Shown: positions 28,762 to 39,392 of the stretch, piece by piece
Layout of the letters: every line of letters begins with the position of its first letter
How positions within the stretch are numbered: the first letter of the stretch is position 1
Origin: an uncultured Nitrospiraceae bacterium
Lineage (GTDB): Bacteria > Nitrospirota > Nitrospiria > Nitrospirales > Nitrospiraceae
Assembly (NCBI GenBank): GCA_963730935.1
Contig: CAVSTP010000004.1
Coordinates: 32,001-96,000, forward strand
Length of the DNA: 64,000 nucleotides
Reading direction: 5' to 3'
Notes under the pieces: model-generated
The model's input: the letters and a program-made list of their open reading frames with translations, nothing else
What the model was told of the DNA's origin: nothing
Databases searched by the model: none
Position numbers and translations under genes: made by a program

Positions 28762-28782
28762 TGCCACTGATATCCACTTGCC

Positions 28783-30072
28783 ATGCGCAGAGCACGTTCC
28801 TCTCCTCGACCAGTCATCGCCGAAATCATTGCGGTCGGTTCTGAGCTTCTACTGGGAGGTCGGACCGACAGCAATTCATTGTTCATTACGGATGAACTGG
28901 GCACCCTGGGCATCGAAGTGCGTTTTAAGTCGGTGGTCGGCGACGATCGAGCCGATATCGTTCGTGCGCTGAAGACGGCGGTGTCGCGGGCGGAGATCAT
29001 CGTGATGACCGGCGGCCTTGGGCCGACCGTGGACGACTGCACGCGAGAGGCCATCGCCGATGCGGCGGGCCGCAAGCTCGCGCGGCGAAAAGAGGCCTTC
29101 GAGGCCATGCAAAAGCGGTTGGCGCAATGGGGCCGGTCGCCCAACAAGGGGCAACTCCGACAGGCGTTGATCCCGTCTGGTGCCACGGTCGTGCCCAATC
29201 CGGTCGGGTCGGCACCAGGATTCTGGTTAACGTGGCGAGGAGCCATGGTGATTTCGTTACCGGGCGTGCCAGCGGAAATGGCGGCGATGATGCGAGAGAG
29301 CGTGGCCCTTGCGTTGGCGTCTCGATTGGAGGGGCGAGGCCGCATGCGACCGCCGATCAAGCGACAGGTGTTTCACACGTGGGGAATTCCTGAGGCCGAG
29401 GTCGACGAAAAATTGCAGGGACTCATTCCTAAGAAGGCTCCCATCGACCTCGGATTGTTGGCTTCTCCGTTGGGCGTTTTGGTCTCGCTCACCACGAAGC
29501 CGCAGAGCAGCGCCGCCGACGAAATGTGGACCTCACTCGCCAAGTCGGTCCGTGCTCGTCTGCATGAATGGATTTTCGCAGAGGGTTCGGAATCGATGGA
29601 AGACGTGGTTGGCAGGCTGCTGCTCAAGGACAAGCGCACGCTCGCGCTGGCAGAGTCCTGCACCGGCGGATTGATCGGTCATCGGCTGACACAGGTGCCG
29701 GGCTCCTCGGCATATGTGGACCGTGGGATCATCTGCTACAGCAACAACGCGAAAATCGACCTGCTCGGCGTCTCCGCCGATCTCATCGAGCGACATGGCG
29801 CGGTGAGCGCGGAAGTCGCGGGCGCCATGGCGAAGGGCGTTCGCGAGCGCAGCGGCGTCTCGATTGGCTTGAGCGTCACCGGCATTGCCGGCCCCGGCGG
29901 CGCGACCGCCACAAAGCCGGTCGGATTGGTGTACGTCGGTTTGAACGTGGACAGTGGCGAGACCATCACGCGCGAGCATCGATTCCACGGCGACCGCTCG
30001 GTCATCAAGCAACGGTCTTCACAGGCAGCGCTCGATCTGCTCCGGCGCTGGCTCTTGGCAGGTGGTCGATAA
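28783..30072 (+). CDS. cinA: Competence/damage-inducible protein CinA (MoCF domain plus PncC)
   Basis: AVGSELL, GGLGPTVDD.T, LPGVP.EM, AESCTGG, TGIAGPGG. Confidence 0.93.
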   Translation: MRRARSSPRPVIAEIIAVGSELLLGGRTDSNSLFITDELGTLGIEVRFKSVVGDDRADIVRALKTAVSRAEIIVMTGGLGPTVDDCTREAIADAAGRKLARRKEAFEAMQKRLAQWGRSPNKGQLRQALIPSGATVVPNPVGSAPGFWLTWRGAMVISLPGVPAEMAAMMRESVALALASRLEGRGRMRPPIKRQVFHTWGIPEAEVDEKLQGLIPKKAPIDLGLLASPLGVLVSLTTKPQSSAADEMWTSLAKSVRARLHEWIFAEGSESMEDVVGRLLLKDKRTLALAESCTGGLIGHRLTQVPGSSAYVDRGIICYSNNAKIDLLGVSADLIERHGAVSAEVAGAMAKGVRERSGVSIGLSVTGIAGPGGATATKPVGLVYVGLNVDSGETITREHRFHGDRSVIKQRSSQAALDLLRRWLLAGGR

Positions 30073-30155
30073 AGGCCGTCATCGGCATACTCCCATCGCT
30101 TGACGGGAGGCTACTACTGGCCTTTTAGGCAACCCGCAGGAGGGGAAGAGAGAGC

Positions 30156-30770
30156 ATGATTCGCGCCTTTTTGGCCGTTCAGTTGTCTGAACCGCTTCGA
30201 ACCACCCTTGCGGCAGTGCAATCGGAGGTAAAACGGCGAATCACCCATGATATGCCTCGCGACATCAGTCTGTCCTGGGTTCGTCCCGCTTCGATCCATT
30301 TGACGGTCAAATTCCTGGGCGACATTGCGGAAGATTTGATCACCCCTCTCCGCGAGGCGGTCGCCGATACGCTCATGCAACATCGACTCCTGCAGGTACC
30401 GCTCGATCGTCTCGGCGTCTTTCCGCGGCCCCAGCAACCTCGCGTGGTGTGGATCGGGCCATCCGAACAATGGGAGGCGAGCGACGGCGCCGCACGGTTG
30501 GCAGCGTTGCACCGCGCGATCGAGGCCTGCTGCGTGACGATGAATCTGGCGCCTGATCCCAGGCCGTTGAGTGCTCATCTGACCCTGGCGCGGATCAAGG
30601 CAGGTCACCGCGGGGCTGGACAGGCACTGGCAAGAAGCGGCGTGATGGATCGGCTGCCTTTGGCGGTGGAGTCTCTGTCGATCAACGCGATCACGTTGAT
30701 GAGAAGCGAGTTGAAACCAAGCGGATCCGTCTACACCGTCCTGTGGGAATCAACACTGCAGCCTGCCTAA
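30156..30770 (+). CDS. thpR: RNA 2',3'-cyclic phosphodiesterase (2H family)
   Basis: RAFLAV, HLTVKFLG and HLTLAR motifs; cinA-recA context. Confidence 0.9.
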   Translation: MIRAFLAVQLSEPLRTTLAAVQSEVKRRITHDMPRDISLSWVRPASIHLTVKFLGDIAEDLITPLREAVADTLMQHRLLQVPLDRLGVFPRPQQPRVVWIGPSEQWEASDGAARLAALHRAIEACCVTMNLAPDPRPLSAHLTLARIKAGHRGAGQALARSGVMDRLPLAVESLSINAITLMRSELKPSGSVYTVLWESTLQPA

Positions 30771-30812
30771 CCCATCGAATTCAATTTCTGGGGTTGTCTT
30801 AGGTGCTCGGAT

Positions 30813-31901
30813 TTAACTCTGAGGCGGTTGATCGCGGATTGTCCGGCAGAACACCTCGACCAGAGATGGATCGAAGGTGGTGCCCGATTGTTCTTCAATG
30901 AGGGCGAGGGCTTTCTTGAGGGAGACCTGAGTTGCGCCGGAGTGTTCGGCAGTGAGTTCGTCGAACGCTTGTGCCAGTGCGACGAGGCGCGCCAGGTAGG
31001 GGATCTGCTGTTCCTTGAGTGCGAAGGGATACCCGCTGCCGTCCCAGCGCTCATGATGCAAGGCAATGATTTGGACGGCTTCCGCCGGCAATCCGATCGC
31101 CCGCCCGATGCGCGCGCCGATGTCGGGATGATGACGCTGGCGGTCGACATCTTGTGTCAGAAGGAAGCTGCCGTCGCCGCTGATCAAGTCCAAATCGTGG
31201 GCGAGTGCGCCCAGCGCAAGGTGCTGCTGTTCGGCCAACGGGAGTTGGAGTTGGTTTGCGGCGAGCGTTGCATAAAAGCTCACGCGGTTCCCGTGGTTGA
31301 CGAGGTGACGGTCCTTCGCTTCCAGCAAATCGGAGATCAATTGGATCAACGGCGAGGTGGTTTCCCGGCTAGAGACTTCCAGCAAACCGCTTTTGACCTG
31401 TCCCGCATACCGCGCCATCAGTGCCTGCCAGGCGTTCGTGCTTGCAGGCTCCGGCTGCCATAACGCCTCCTCCTCCGCCATAGCCCGGCGAAGCATGTCG
31501 AGTCGTTGTTTCTTGTGAGAGGTCTGAAGGCTGATAGACAGCAACTCGGACGCATTAAAAGGCTTGAGCAGAAAACCGGCCGCGCCGTGGCGTACGCAGT
31601 CCATTGCGGATTGCAGCGTGCCATAGGCCGTCACCATGATGACTTCGATCTCGCGGTGCGTCCGTTTGATCTCCTTGAGAATGTCGGATCCGGAGGTATC
31701 AGGCAGCTTGAGGTCGAGTGTCATGAGATCGACGCCATGATCGTTGATGACGGCCAGAGCATGGCTGCCGTTTTCGGCCGTCAGAATGTTGAAATTCTGC
31801 TTCAGAATCTGGGTGAGCGCGGCGCGGGGCGCTGCTTCGTCATCGACGATGAGGACGGTGGGTCTGTGGTCGATTGTGCTTTGTGCGAGAGATTGTGTCA
31901 T
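30813..31901 (-). CDS. Response regulator with HD-GYP domain
   Basis: Receiver VLIVDDE...DLKLP...KPF; HD, HHERWDGSGYP. Confidence 0.85.
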   Translation of the reverse strand: MTQSLAQSTIDHRPTVLIVDDEAAPRAALTQILKQNFNILTAENGSHALAVINDHGVDLMTLDLKLPDTSGSDILKEIKRTHREIEVIMVTAYGTLQSAMDCVRHGAAGFLLKPFNASELLSISLQTSHKKQRLDMLRRAMAEEEALWQPEPASTNAWQALMARYAGQVKSGLLEVSSRETTSPLIQLISDLLEAKDRHLVNHGNRVSFYATLAANQLQLPLAEQQHLALGALAHDLDLISGDGSFLLTQDVDRQRHHPDIGARIGRAIGLPAEAVQIIALHHERWDGSGYPFALKEQQIPYLARLVALAQAFDELTAEHSGATQVSLKKALALIEEQSGTTFDPSLVEVFCRTIRDQPPQS

Positions 31902-32013
31902 ACCTCCAGCTGTATGATGGGAACCTCTTTTCGTCAAGGAAATCACGAATGGTTGTTGTAGGAGAAAGCCGGAGATCTACGCGCTTGACTGATCTGGAGC
32001 GTCATTATAGATT

Positions 32014-32406
32014 ATGCGCATGAAGTGGCTCGCCGGCGCAGCTCTCATAGGGATCTTGGCCGTTCAGCCCGCCTGGGCGGCGGAGCCCGAGTTTGATCCG
32101 GAGCAGCCGTTCAAGGGAATGGGGCAACGGCTGCTTGAGTCTTTTTTGGGCCAGGCGCTGGAAGCCTTGGACGATCATTTCGAGCTGTCCGGTACTCTCG
32201 ATTCGAATGCGCAACAGAATGACCGGAAAAAAACCTTGCGGTTCAGGTTCTATCCGAACGGCAAATCCAAGTCGAACGACCACATTGCCGCCGAAGGGTG
32301 GTTCGGTCCTTCGACCGACACCCGCCAGGATGAATTTCACTTCCGTTTTAGCATCCCGAAATCGTTGACCGAGTCCTCGTCCGATCTGCCCGAGAACGTG
32401 CTGTAA
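32014..32406 (+). CDS. Exported hypothetical protein
   Basis: Signal peptide MKWLAG...AWA. Confidence 0.65.
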   Translation: MRMKWLAGAALIGILAVQPAWAAEPEFDPEQPFKGMGQRLLESFLGQALEALDDHFELSGTLDSNAQQNDRKKTLRFRFYPNGKSKSNDHIAAEGWFGPSTDTRQDEFHFRFSIPKSLTESSSDLPENVL

Positions 32407-32527
32407 CGGGCCGGGACTCCGAAGACAATCCTTCCATTTGTTCGGTCTTTCGTCACATTCTTCGCTAGGTTTCCTTGCTCCAACTTGGGTATAATCCGCC
32501 ACCTTCACCTTGATCAGGAGGAACTCC

Positions 32528-33607
32528 ATGGCGGAAAAAGACGACAAGAAGCGCGCACTGGATCTCGCTCTGTCCCAGATTGAAAAACAATATGGGAAGG
32601 GGGCGATCATGAAGCTCGGTGATGCCGACGCGCCGGCGGACGTTCCGGCGATTTCGACGGGATCGCTCGGCCTGGATATTGCGCTTGGCGTCGGCGGGTT
32701 TCCGCGGGGGCGTGTCATCGAGATTTTTGGCCCAGAGGCGTCGGGAAAGACGACCCTGACCCTGCATGCGATCGCCGAAGTGCAAAAGACCGGCGGCGTG
32801 GCCGCTTTCATCGATGCGGAGCATGCGCTGGATCTGACCTATTCGAGAAAACTCGGCGTGGAGGCCGACGACCTCCTCGTATCGCAGCCCGATACGGGCG
32901 AGCAGGCGTTGGAAATCGCCGAAACCCTGGTTCGCAGCGGCGCCATCGACCTGATCGTCGTGGACTCGGTGGCGGCCTTGACGCCGCGCGCGGAAATTGA
33001 AGGCGAGATGGGCGACGCGCACATGGGTTTGCAGGCCCGGTTGATGTCGCAAGCTCTCCGCAAGCTGACTGCCGCCATTTCGAAATCGCAAACGACGGTT
33101 ATTTTCATCAATCAAATCCGCATGAAGCTCGGCGTGATGTTCGGCAATCCCGAGACGACCACCGGCGGCAATGCGCTCAAGTTTTATTCGTCCGTCCGTT
33201 TGGACATCCGCCGGATCGAATCGATTAAGGAAGGGCAGGAAGTCGTCGGCAGTCGTGTCCGTGTGAAGGTGGTCAAAAACAAGATGGCGCCTCCCTTCAA
33301 GCAGGCGGAGTTCGACATTCTCTTTTCGCAAGGTATCTCGAAGGCGGGCGAATTGGTGGATCTCGGCGTCGACCGAAAAGTACTCGAAAAGTCCGGCGCG
33401 TGGTATTCCTACCACGGCGAGCGGTTGGGCCAGGGGCGCGATGCCGTCCGTGATTTCTTGGTCACGAATCAGCCATTGGCCCGCGAGATCGAAGGCAAGC
33501 TCCGCGAGATGGCCGGCGTGCCAGGCCGCACTGCTGAGAAACCCGTGCTCGTGTCGTCCAAAGAAGAGAAGCGCGACGAGAAGCGGTCCCACAAAGTCGG
33601 AGTGTGA
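32528..33607 (+). CDS. recA: Recombinase RecA
   Basis: [43 protein letters not shown] at 32490. Confidence 0.99.
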   Translation: MAEKDDKKRALDLALSQIEKQYGKGAIMKLGDADAPADVPAISTGSLGLDIALGVGGFPRGRVIEIFGPEASGKTTLTLHAIAEVQKTGGVAAFIDAEHALDLTYSRKLGVEADDLLVSQPDTGEQALEIAETLVRSGAIDLIVVDSVAALTPRAEIEGEMGDAHMGLQARLMSQALRKLTAAISKSQTTVIFINQIRMKLGVMFGNPETTTGGNALKFYSSVRLDIRRIESIKEGQEVVGSRVRVKVVKNKMAPPFKQAEFDILFSQGISKAGELVDLGVDRKVLEKSGAWYSYHGERLGQGRDAVRDFLVTNQPLAREIEGKLREMAGVPGRTAEKPVLVSSKEEKRDEKRSHKVGV

Positions 33608-33633
33608 CGGCCGTATCCTGTTAAGGCGGAAGC

Positions 33634-34113
33634 GTGAAACGGCGCATAGCGCAGTCGGGGGACGAATGGTTCCACCGCGCCGTGCGGTACCTCGCCCGAT
33701 TCGACCGCACGGCTGCTCAGGTCGAACAGTTTCTCACCAGGAAAGGCGCTTCACGGGCCCAGGTCAAACAGGTTATTTCCCGTCTGTCTGCGTTGCGGTA
33801 CCTCGACGATCGGGCCTATGCCGCACGATGGGTCGAGACGACGCTGGCGCGCCGGCCGATGGGCCGTGACCGCCTCAAAAGTGAATTGATGGCGAAAGGG
33901 CTTGGTGAAACCCTGGCTGACGATGCCATCGTCGACGGCCTTGATGGCATGGATGAGGAAGCACTGGCGCGGCGGGCGCTGCGCCTCAAGGGCCGCGGCG
34001 GCGGGAGGACCCTACGCCAGCGCACCGTGTCTCTCCTCCGTCAGCGGGGTTTCCGAGAAGAGACCATAGAGCGTATCATGAGTGATTGCCCCGGCGAGGA
34101 ACGAGCATCATGA
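33634..34113 (+). CDS. recX: Regulatory protein RecX
   Basis: YLDDRAYA, ELMAKG, LRQRGF; directly after recA. Confidence 0.85.
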   Translation: MKRRIAQSGDEWFHRAVRYLARFDRTAAQVEQFLTRKGASRAQVKQVISRLSALRYLDDRAYAARWVETTLARRPMGRDRLKSELMAKGLGETLADDAIVDGLDGMDEEALARRALRLKGRGGGRTLRQRTVSLLRQRGFREETIERIMSDCPGEERAS

Positions 34114-36743
34114 CCCAGCGCGCACACGAGCTTCGGCAGGCCTTCATCCGCTACTTTGAGCAGCACGGACACCAAGCCGTGCCGAGCTCTCCGCTGATTC
34201 CACAAGCCGATCCGACGCTCCTCTTCACCAACGCCGGCATGAACCAGTTCAAGGGGGTCTTTCTCGGCCAGGAAACCCGTCGCTATCGCCGGGCCGTCTC
34301 TGCGCAAAAGTGTCTGCGCGCCGGCGGCAAGCACAATGACCTCGAGAACGTCGGCTACACGCGGCGGCATCACACCTTCTTCGAAATGCTCGGGAATTTC
34401 TCGTTCGGTGACTATTTCAAGGAAGACGCGATCACATTTGGTTGGGAATTTCTGACTCGAACGGTCGGACTCGATAAGTCCCGTCTGTGGATCACCGTCT
34501 TTCGTGAGGATGACGATGCCGAGCAGCTCTGGAAGAAGGTGGGCATCCCGCCGGCCCGCATCGTCCGTTGCGGAGAAAAAGACAATTTCTGGCAAATGGC
34601 TGATACCGGTCCCTGCGGACCCTGCTCGGAAATTCATTATGACCAAGGGCCGGCGGTTCCTGGAGACGACCGGCCGAACGGCGAAGGCGACCGGGTCATC
34701 GAGATCTGGAACCTAGTCTTCATGCAGTTCAACCGGGACGCGTCCGGAACACTTCATCCGTTGCCGAAACCCAGCATCGACACCGGAATGGGCCTGGAGC
34801 GGTTGACCGCCGTCGCCCAGGGTGTCTACAGCAATTACGACAGTGACCTGTTCATGCCGTTGTTGGCCGGGATCGGCGCTCGAGCTGGAAAGGAGTACGG
34901 AACATCAGAAGAGAGCGACCGCTCGATGCGGGTGGTCGCAGACCATCTGCGTGCCATCACCTTCATGATGACCGACGGCATTCTTCCGTCAAACGAAGGA
35001 CGGGGCTACGTCTTGCGCCGCATCCTGCGCCGTGCAGCCCGCCATGGGCGCCTGCTTGGGATCGTCGAGCCGTTTTTGTACGAGCTGACTGGTGCAGTCG
35101 TTCAGGTCATGGGCGGAGCCTATCCCGAGGTCCGGAGTGCCGCGGGCACTGTGGCCGAGGCGACGAAAGGCGAGGAAGAGCGGTTTATCGCGACGCTGGA
35201 TCAGGGGCTGCCCATCCTCACCGACATGATCGCGAAGGCGCGTTCAGGCGGACGGACGATGTTGCAGGGTCCCGAGGTATTCAAGCTCTACGACACATAC
35301 GGGTTCCCCATGGACTTGATTGCCGAAGCCTGCCGGGAGCAGGGCATGACGGTCGATGAGGCGGGGTTTGATGCGGCCATCGAAGAGCAGCGGAACCGTG
35401 CACGCAAGACCGGGGGCTTCGAGCAGGAAACCGCGCGGCCGGCCATTGCCGAATTGGCGGCCCGCCTCGGCGCAACGAAGTTTGTCGGCTACGACCGGTT
35501 GGATTCCGATAGCATTCTCCAGGCGATTCTCAAGGGCGACCGTCTCGTCAAGGAGGCGCAGGAAGGCGATGAGGTCGAGGTGGTTCTCGACATCACGCCG
35601 TTTTATGCGGAAGGCGGCGGTCAGATCGGGGATCAGGGTGTCCTGGTCGGGACGGAGGGCCGTCTGGAGATCAAGGAGACGACTCGCCCGGTGCAGACGG
35701 TGATCGTGCACAAAGGTCGGGTGAGTCAAGGGCGCATTCGCGAAGGCGAACAGCTGCATCTGTCGGTGAATCGAACGACGCGGCAAGACGCCGAGAGAAA
35801 TCACACGGCGACCCATCTCGTCCATGCGGCTCTGCGCGATCTGCTCGGTCCGCATGTCAAACAATTCGGCTCCCTGGTGGCACCCAACCGCCTTCGGTTT
35901 GACTTTGCTCATTTCAGGCCTCTGTCGTCACGGGACATCGACGAGATCGAAGCAGTGGTCAACGGTGAGATCCGGAGAAACGAACGGGTGCAATCCGAGG
36001 TCATGAGCATTCAGGACGCCGTGGCCAAGGGCGCCCTGGCCTTCTTCGGCGACAAGTACGGTGAACAGGTGCGGGTCGTCACGGTGGAATCCTTCAGCAA
36101 GGAGCTCTGTGGCGGCACCCATTGCCGACATACTGGAGAGATTGGGCTGTTCAGCATTGTGTCGGAAACCGGGGTGGCCGCCGGGGTCCGCCGGATTGAA
36201 GCGCAGACGGGGCATGGTGCCGTGGCCATGATGAAAAAGCTGGAGTCAGAGGTCAGAGAACTCTCGGACCTCTTGAAGGTCGGGCCTTCCGAGTTGGTGG
36301 CGAAGACCCGCAAGGTCATGGCGCAGCTCAAAGACAAGGAACGCGAGCTCGAAGAGCTGAAACTCAAGATGGCGAGCGGATCGGCCGTGGCCTCCACGGC
36401 CAAAACCGTCGCCGGCGTCCCTGTCCATGTCCAACGGACCGACGGCTTGGATATCAACGGGATGCGCCTGCTGGCCGACCAACTGCGGGACAAGATGAAA
36501 AGCGGAGTCGTCGCCTTAGGAGCCGCGACGGACGACGGGAAAGTGGCGCTGCTCGTCGTCGTCACAAAAGATCTCACGGCGAAAATCAAAGCCGGGGATC
36601 TCATCAAGCCTCTGGCGGCCGAAGTAGGCGGGACCGGCGGAGGCCGGCCGGAAATGGCGCAGGCGGGCGGCAAGGACCCCTCCAGGCTCAACGCGTCGTT
36701 GGAAAAAGTCTTTGGCTTGGTCGAACAAGCCCTTCAGCGGTAG
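34110..36743 (+). CDS. alaS: Alanine--tRNA ligase
   Basis: LLFTNAGMNQFK, HHTFFEMLGNFSFGDYFK, NHTATHL, ELCGGTH, GGGRPEMAQAGG. Confidence 0.99.
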   Translation: MTQRAHELRQAFIRYFEQHGHQAVPSSPLIPQADPTLLFTNAGMNQFKGVFLGQETRRYRRAVSAQKCLRAGGKHNDLENVGYTRRHHTFFEMLGNFSFGDYFKEDAITFGWEFLTRTVGLDKSRLWITVFREDDDAEQLWKKVGIPPARIVRCGEKDNFWQMADTGPCGPCSEIHYDQGPAVPGDDRPNGEGDRVIEIWNLVFMQFNRDASGTLHPLPKPSIDTGMGLERLTAVAQGVYSNYDSDLFMPLLAGIGARAGKEYGTSEESDRSMRVVADHLRAITFMMTDGILPSNEGRGYVLRRILRRAARHGRLLGIVEPFLYELTGAVVQVMGGAYPEVRSAAGTVAEATKGEEERFIATLDQGLPILTDMIAKARSGGRTMLQGPEVFKLYDTYGFPMDLIAEACREQGMTVDEAGFDAAIEEQRNRARKTGGFEQETARPAIAELAARLGATKFVGYDRLDSDSILQAILKGDRLVKEAQEGDEVEVVLDITPFYAEGGGQIGDQGVLVGTEGRLEIKETTRPVQTVIVHKGRVSQGRIREGEQLHLSVNRTTRQDAERNHTATHLVHAALRDLLGPHVKQFGSLVAPNRLRFDFAHFRPLSSRDIDEIEAVVNGEIRRNERVQSEVMSIQDAVAKGALAFFGDKYGEQVRVVTVESFSKELCGGTHCRHTGEIGLFSIVSETGVAAGVRRIEAQTGHGAVAMMKKLESEVRELSDLLKVGPSELVAKTRKVMAQLKDKERELEELKLKMASGSAVASTAKTVAGVPVHVQRTDGLDINGMRLLADQLRDKMKSGVVALGAATDDGKVALLVVVTKDLTAKIKAGDLIKPLAAEVGGTGGGRPEMAQAGGKDPSRLNASLEKVFGLVEQALQR

Positions 36744-36747
36744 AATC

Positions 36748-37293
36748 ATGTCGGGATCGCGAATACTGGCGTTAGATTACGGAACCAAGCGGATCGGCGT
36801 TGCCCTCAGCGACGAGCTGGGCTGGACCGCGCAGCCGCTCGAGACCTTTGAACGCCGGACCCTCGACCGTGATGTGGCCCACGTCGCATCCCTTGTGCAG
36901 ACCCACGCGGTGAGGGAGGTCGTGTTGGGATTCCCGCTGCAGTTGGACGGGCGGGAGGGTCCGGCGATCCAGGCCATGCGGAATTTTGCCGTGCACCTGG
37001 AACAGGGATTGCCGGTTCCGCTGGTCTTCTGGGATGAGCGATTGACGACTAAAGCGGCGGAGGATCTGCTCATCGCCGCTGATGTGAGCCGGAAGAAGCG
37101 CAAGGGAGCCGTCGACCGTGTGGCGGCCGCCATCTTATTACAGTCCTACCTGGCGAGCCGTGAACAAGCGTCGCGGCCGGTCATGGACCACGATGAGTCG
37201 ACAATAGACAGCACCGATGAAGCTCCGGAACATTCTCATCGTCCTTCTGATCGTGGTCGCCGCACTCGGCATAGCCGCGTATCACGTCATTAA
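36748..37293 (+). CDS. yqgF: YqgF/RuvX pre-16S rRNA nuclease
   Basis: LALDYGTKRIGVA, WDERLTT, VDRVAAAILLQ. Confidence 0.93.
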   Translation: MSGSRILALDYGTKRIGVALSDELGWTAQPLETFERRTLDRDVAHVASLVQTHAVREVVLGFPLQLDGREGPAIQAMRNFAVHLEQGLPVPLVFWDERLTTKAAEDLLIAADVSRKKRKGAVDRVAAAILLQSYLASREQASRPVMDHDESTIDSTDEAPEHSHRPSDRGRRTRHSRVSRH

Positions 37294-38284
37294 GTGGGCT
37301 CAGGAGCCCGCCGTTCCCGCACGCCTGCGTCCGCCTTCCAAGACCGTCGCCATTCCTGAGCGCTCCACCTTTCAGCACGTCGCCGCGCTGCTCGAACGGG
37401 AAGAACTCATTAGAAGCCGGCTGGCCTTCGTGTGGTTGGGTCGGTTTCAATCTGCGGATCGAAAGATCCAGGCCGGTGAATATGAGTTGAATGCCGGTAT
37501 GGCGCCTGCCGAAATTCTCTCACGGCTGACGATGGGGCAGGTGGTGCTGCATCCCATCCTGATTCCCGAAGGCTTGACGATGGCGCAGATTGCGGACATC
37601 TTTGGGCAGCAGGGCCTGGTGGACCGCCAGGAGGCGCTGCGGTTAATGACCGATCCGACCTTCATCGCTTCACTGGGCATCAAAGCCGGCACGCTGGAAG
37701 GCTATCTCTATCCCGACACCTACAAGTTTCCGAAAGGCATCAGACCCAAAGAGGTCATTACGACGATGGTCGAGCACTTGCGGCAGGTGTATGGCCCGGA
37801 CCTCGAAGCGCGGGCGCAGGAGCTCAGGATGACGCAACATGAAGTTCTCACGTTGGCGTCTGTGATCGAAAAGGAATCGGGCTCGAATGGCGAACGGGAG
37901 GAGATCTCGGCGGTGTTTCATAATCGATTGAAGAAACGCATTCCCTTGCAGAGTGATCCTACCGTGATTTATGGTCTGCCGAATTATGACGGGAACATCC
38001 ACAAGAAGGATCTCTTGAGTCCGGGCCCCTATAACACGTACCGCATTGCCGGCCTGCCTCCGGGGCCCATTGCGAACCCGGGCATTCAATCGATTCGTGC
38101 GACGCTCTATCCCTCGAGCTCGCGGGCGTTGTACTTTGTGTCCAAGAACGACGGCACGCATCAGTTTTCGGCTACTCTCGAGGAGCATAACGAAGCGGTC
38201 GAAAAATACCAGAAGCGGCCCTTTAGAAGAGGGATGCATCCGCGTACGTCCTCGATGACTTCGGTTAAAAGAGTTATGCCATGA
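37217..38284 (+). CDS. mltG: Endolytic transglycosylase MltG
   Basis: EGYLYPDTY, LASVIEKE, LQSDPTV, YNTY...GLPPGPI. Confidence 0.95.
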   Translation: MKLRNILIVLLIVVAALGIAAYHVIKWAQEPAVPARLRPPSKTVAIPERSTFQHVAALLEREELIRSRLAFVWLGRFQSADRKIQAGEYELNAGMAPAEILSRLTMGQVVLHPILIPEGLTMAQIADIFGQQGLVDRQEALRLMTDPTFIASLGIKAGTLEGYLYPDTYKFPKGIRPKEVITTMVEHLRQVYGPDLEARAQELRMTQHEVLTLASVIEKESGSNGEREEISAVFHNRLKKRIPLQSDPTVIYGLPNYDGNIHKKDLLSPGPYNTYRIAGLPPGPIANPGIQSIRATLYPSSSRALYFVSKNDGTHQFSATLEEHNEAVEKYQKRPFRRGMHPRTSSMTSVKRVMP

Positions 38285-38961
38285 ATCAGGGTGACTGGAA
38301 CCTTCCTGCGTTAATCGATCACACGATCCTGCGTCCGGAGGCCACCAAGGCTGACGTGCTGCGCCTCTGCCGGGAGGCCAGGCAATACGCCTTCACGGTG
38401 ATCTTTATTCCGCCCTGCTACACGGCTGACGCGGTCGAGGCCGTTGCCGGATCAGCCGTGCGGGTGGGCATCCCCATAGGCTTTCCACTCGGTGGGCACG
38501 CGACCCGAATCAAGGTGGCGGAGGCAGTTGAAGGCGCGAGGCAGGGTGCTGTGGTCCTGGACATGGTGATCAACGTCAGCCGGTTGAAGTCCGGCGATCT
38601 CGACGCGGTCCGACAGGATATCGCCGAAGTGGTGCGAGCCACGCCGGATGCCGAACACAAAGTCATACTGGAAACCTGCTATCTCACCGATCAAGAAAAG
38701 ATGACGGCTTGCCGGCTGGTGGTGGAGGCGGGTGCCGACTATGTGAAAACGTCGACCGGCTTCGCGGCGGGAGGCGCCACCGCGGCCGATGTCAGGCTGC
38801 TGAAGGCTTCGGTGGGTGGACGGGCCAAGGTCAAAGCCTCCGGCGGCATCCGCGATTGGCACAGCGCACGGGAGATGCTTGAAGCGGGAGCCGACCGCAT
38901 CGGCACGAGCGCCAGTCTCAAGATCGTGGAGGAATGGTCGGCCGCAACTGTCAAACGATGA
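38281..38961 (+). CDS. deoC: Deoxyribose-phosphate aldolase
   Basis: IDHTIL, GFPLG, KVILET, VKTSTGF, KASGGIR, RIGTS. Confidence 0.96.
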   Translation: MNQGDWNLPALIDHTILRPEATKADVLRLCREARQYAFTVIFIPPCYTADAVEAVAGSAVRVGIPIGFPLGGHATRIKVAEAVEGARQGAVVLDMVINVSRLKSGDLDAVRQDIAEVVRATPDAEHKVILETCYLTDQEKMTACRLVVEAGADYVKTSTGFAAGGATAADVRLLKASVGGRAKVKASGGIRDWHSAREMLEAGADRIGTSASLKIVEEWSAATVKR

Positions 38962-38967
38962 GGACCC

Positions 38968-39291
38968 ATGTCGTTGCGTAGAGACGTGCGGTATCAGGTG
39001 AAGTGTCCGGTGGCCTTCGTGGTGGACGGAAAGCCTGGCGAGGGCTCGACGTTTAATCTTTCACGGGGCGGCTGCGCGATTGAAACGGACATGTTCGCTG
39101 GCGTTGATGATCCGATCAGCCTGCAGATTACCGTGTCGAATCAGCCTTCGCCGATTCTGATCGAACTCGGCAAAGTGCGCTGGTCGACCCGCAAGGAATT
39201 CGGCGTGGAGTTCATGGTCGTCGAAGGACCCTCGAAGCGGCGGCTCGACGATTTTCTCTTGGCCGTGGCCAAGGACAAGTTGACGTCGTGA
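38968..39291 (+). CDS. PilZ-domain protein
   Basis: RRDVR (RxxxR), NLSRGG, VRW, FGVEF. Confidence 0.85.
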   Translation: MSLRRDVRYQVKCPVAFVVDGKPGEGSTFNLSRGGCAIETDMFAGVDDPISLQITVSNQPSPILIELGKVRWSTRKEFGVEFMVVEGPSKRRLDDFLLAVAKDKLTS

Positions 39292-39392
39292 CCGCCTAGT
39301 CGGCCTCCTCACCTGCGCGATCGACCTCCAGACATGGCGTTTCGAATGATGACAAGGTTTGCTGCTCCATTCCCATCTGTTATAGTGCGCCC

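Noticed and set aside
32406..32528. LexA/SOS box upstream of recA
   Set aside because: No match to the LexA motifs I know (CTGT-N8-ACAG, GAAC-N4-GTTC, GTTC-N7-GTTC)
32465..33592. 375-aa minus-strand ORF
   Set aside because: Antisense shadow of recA with no recognisable motifs
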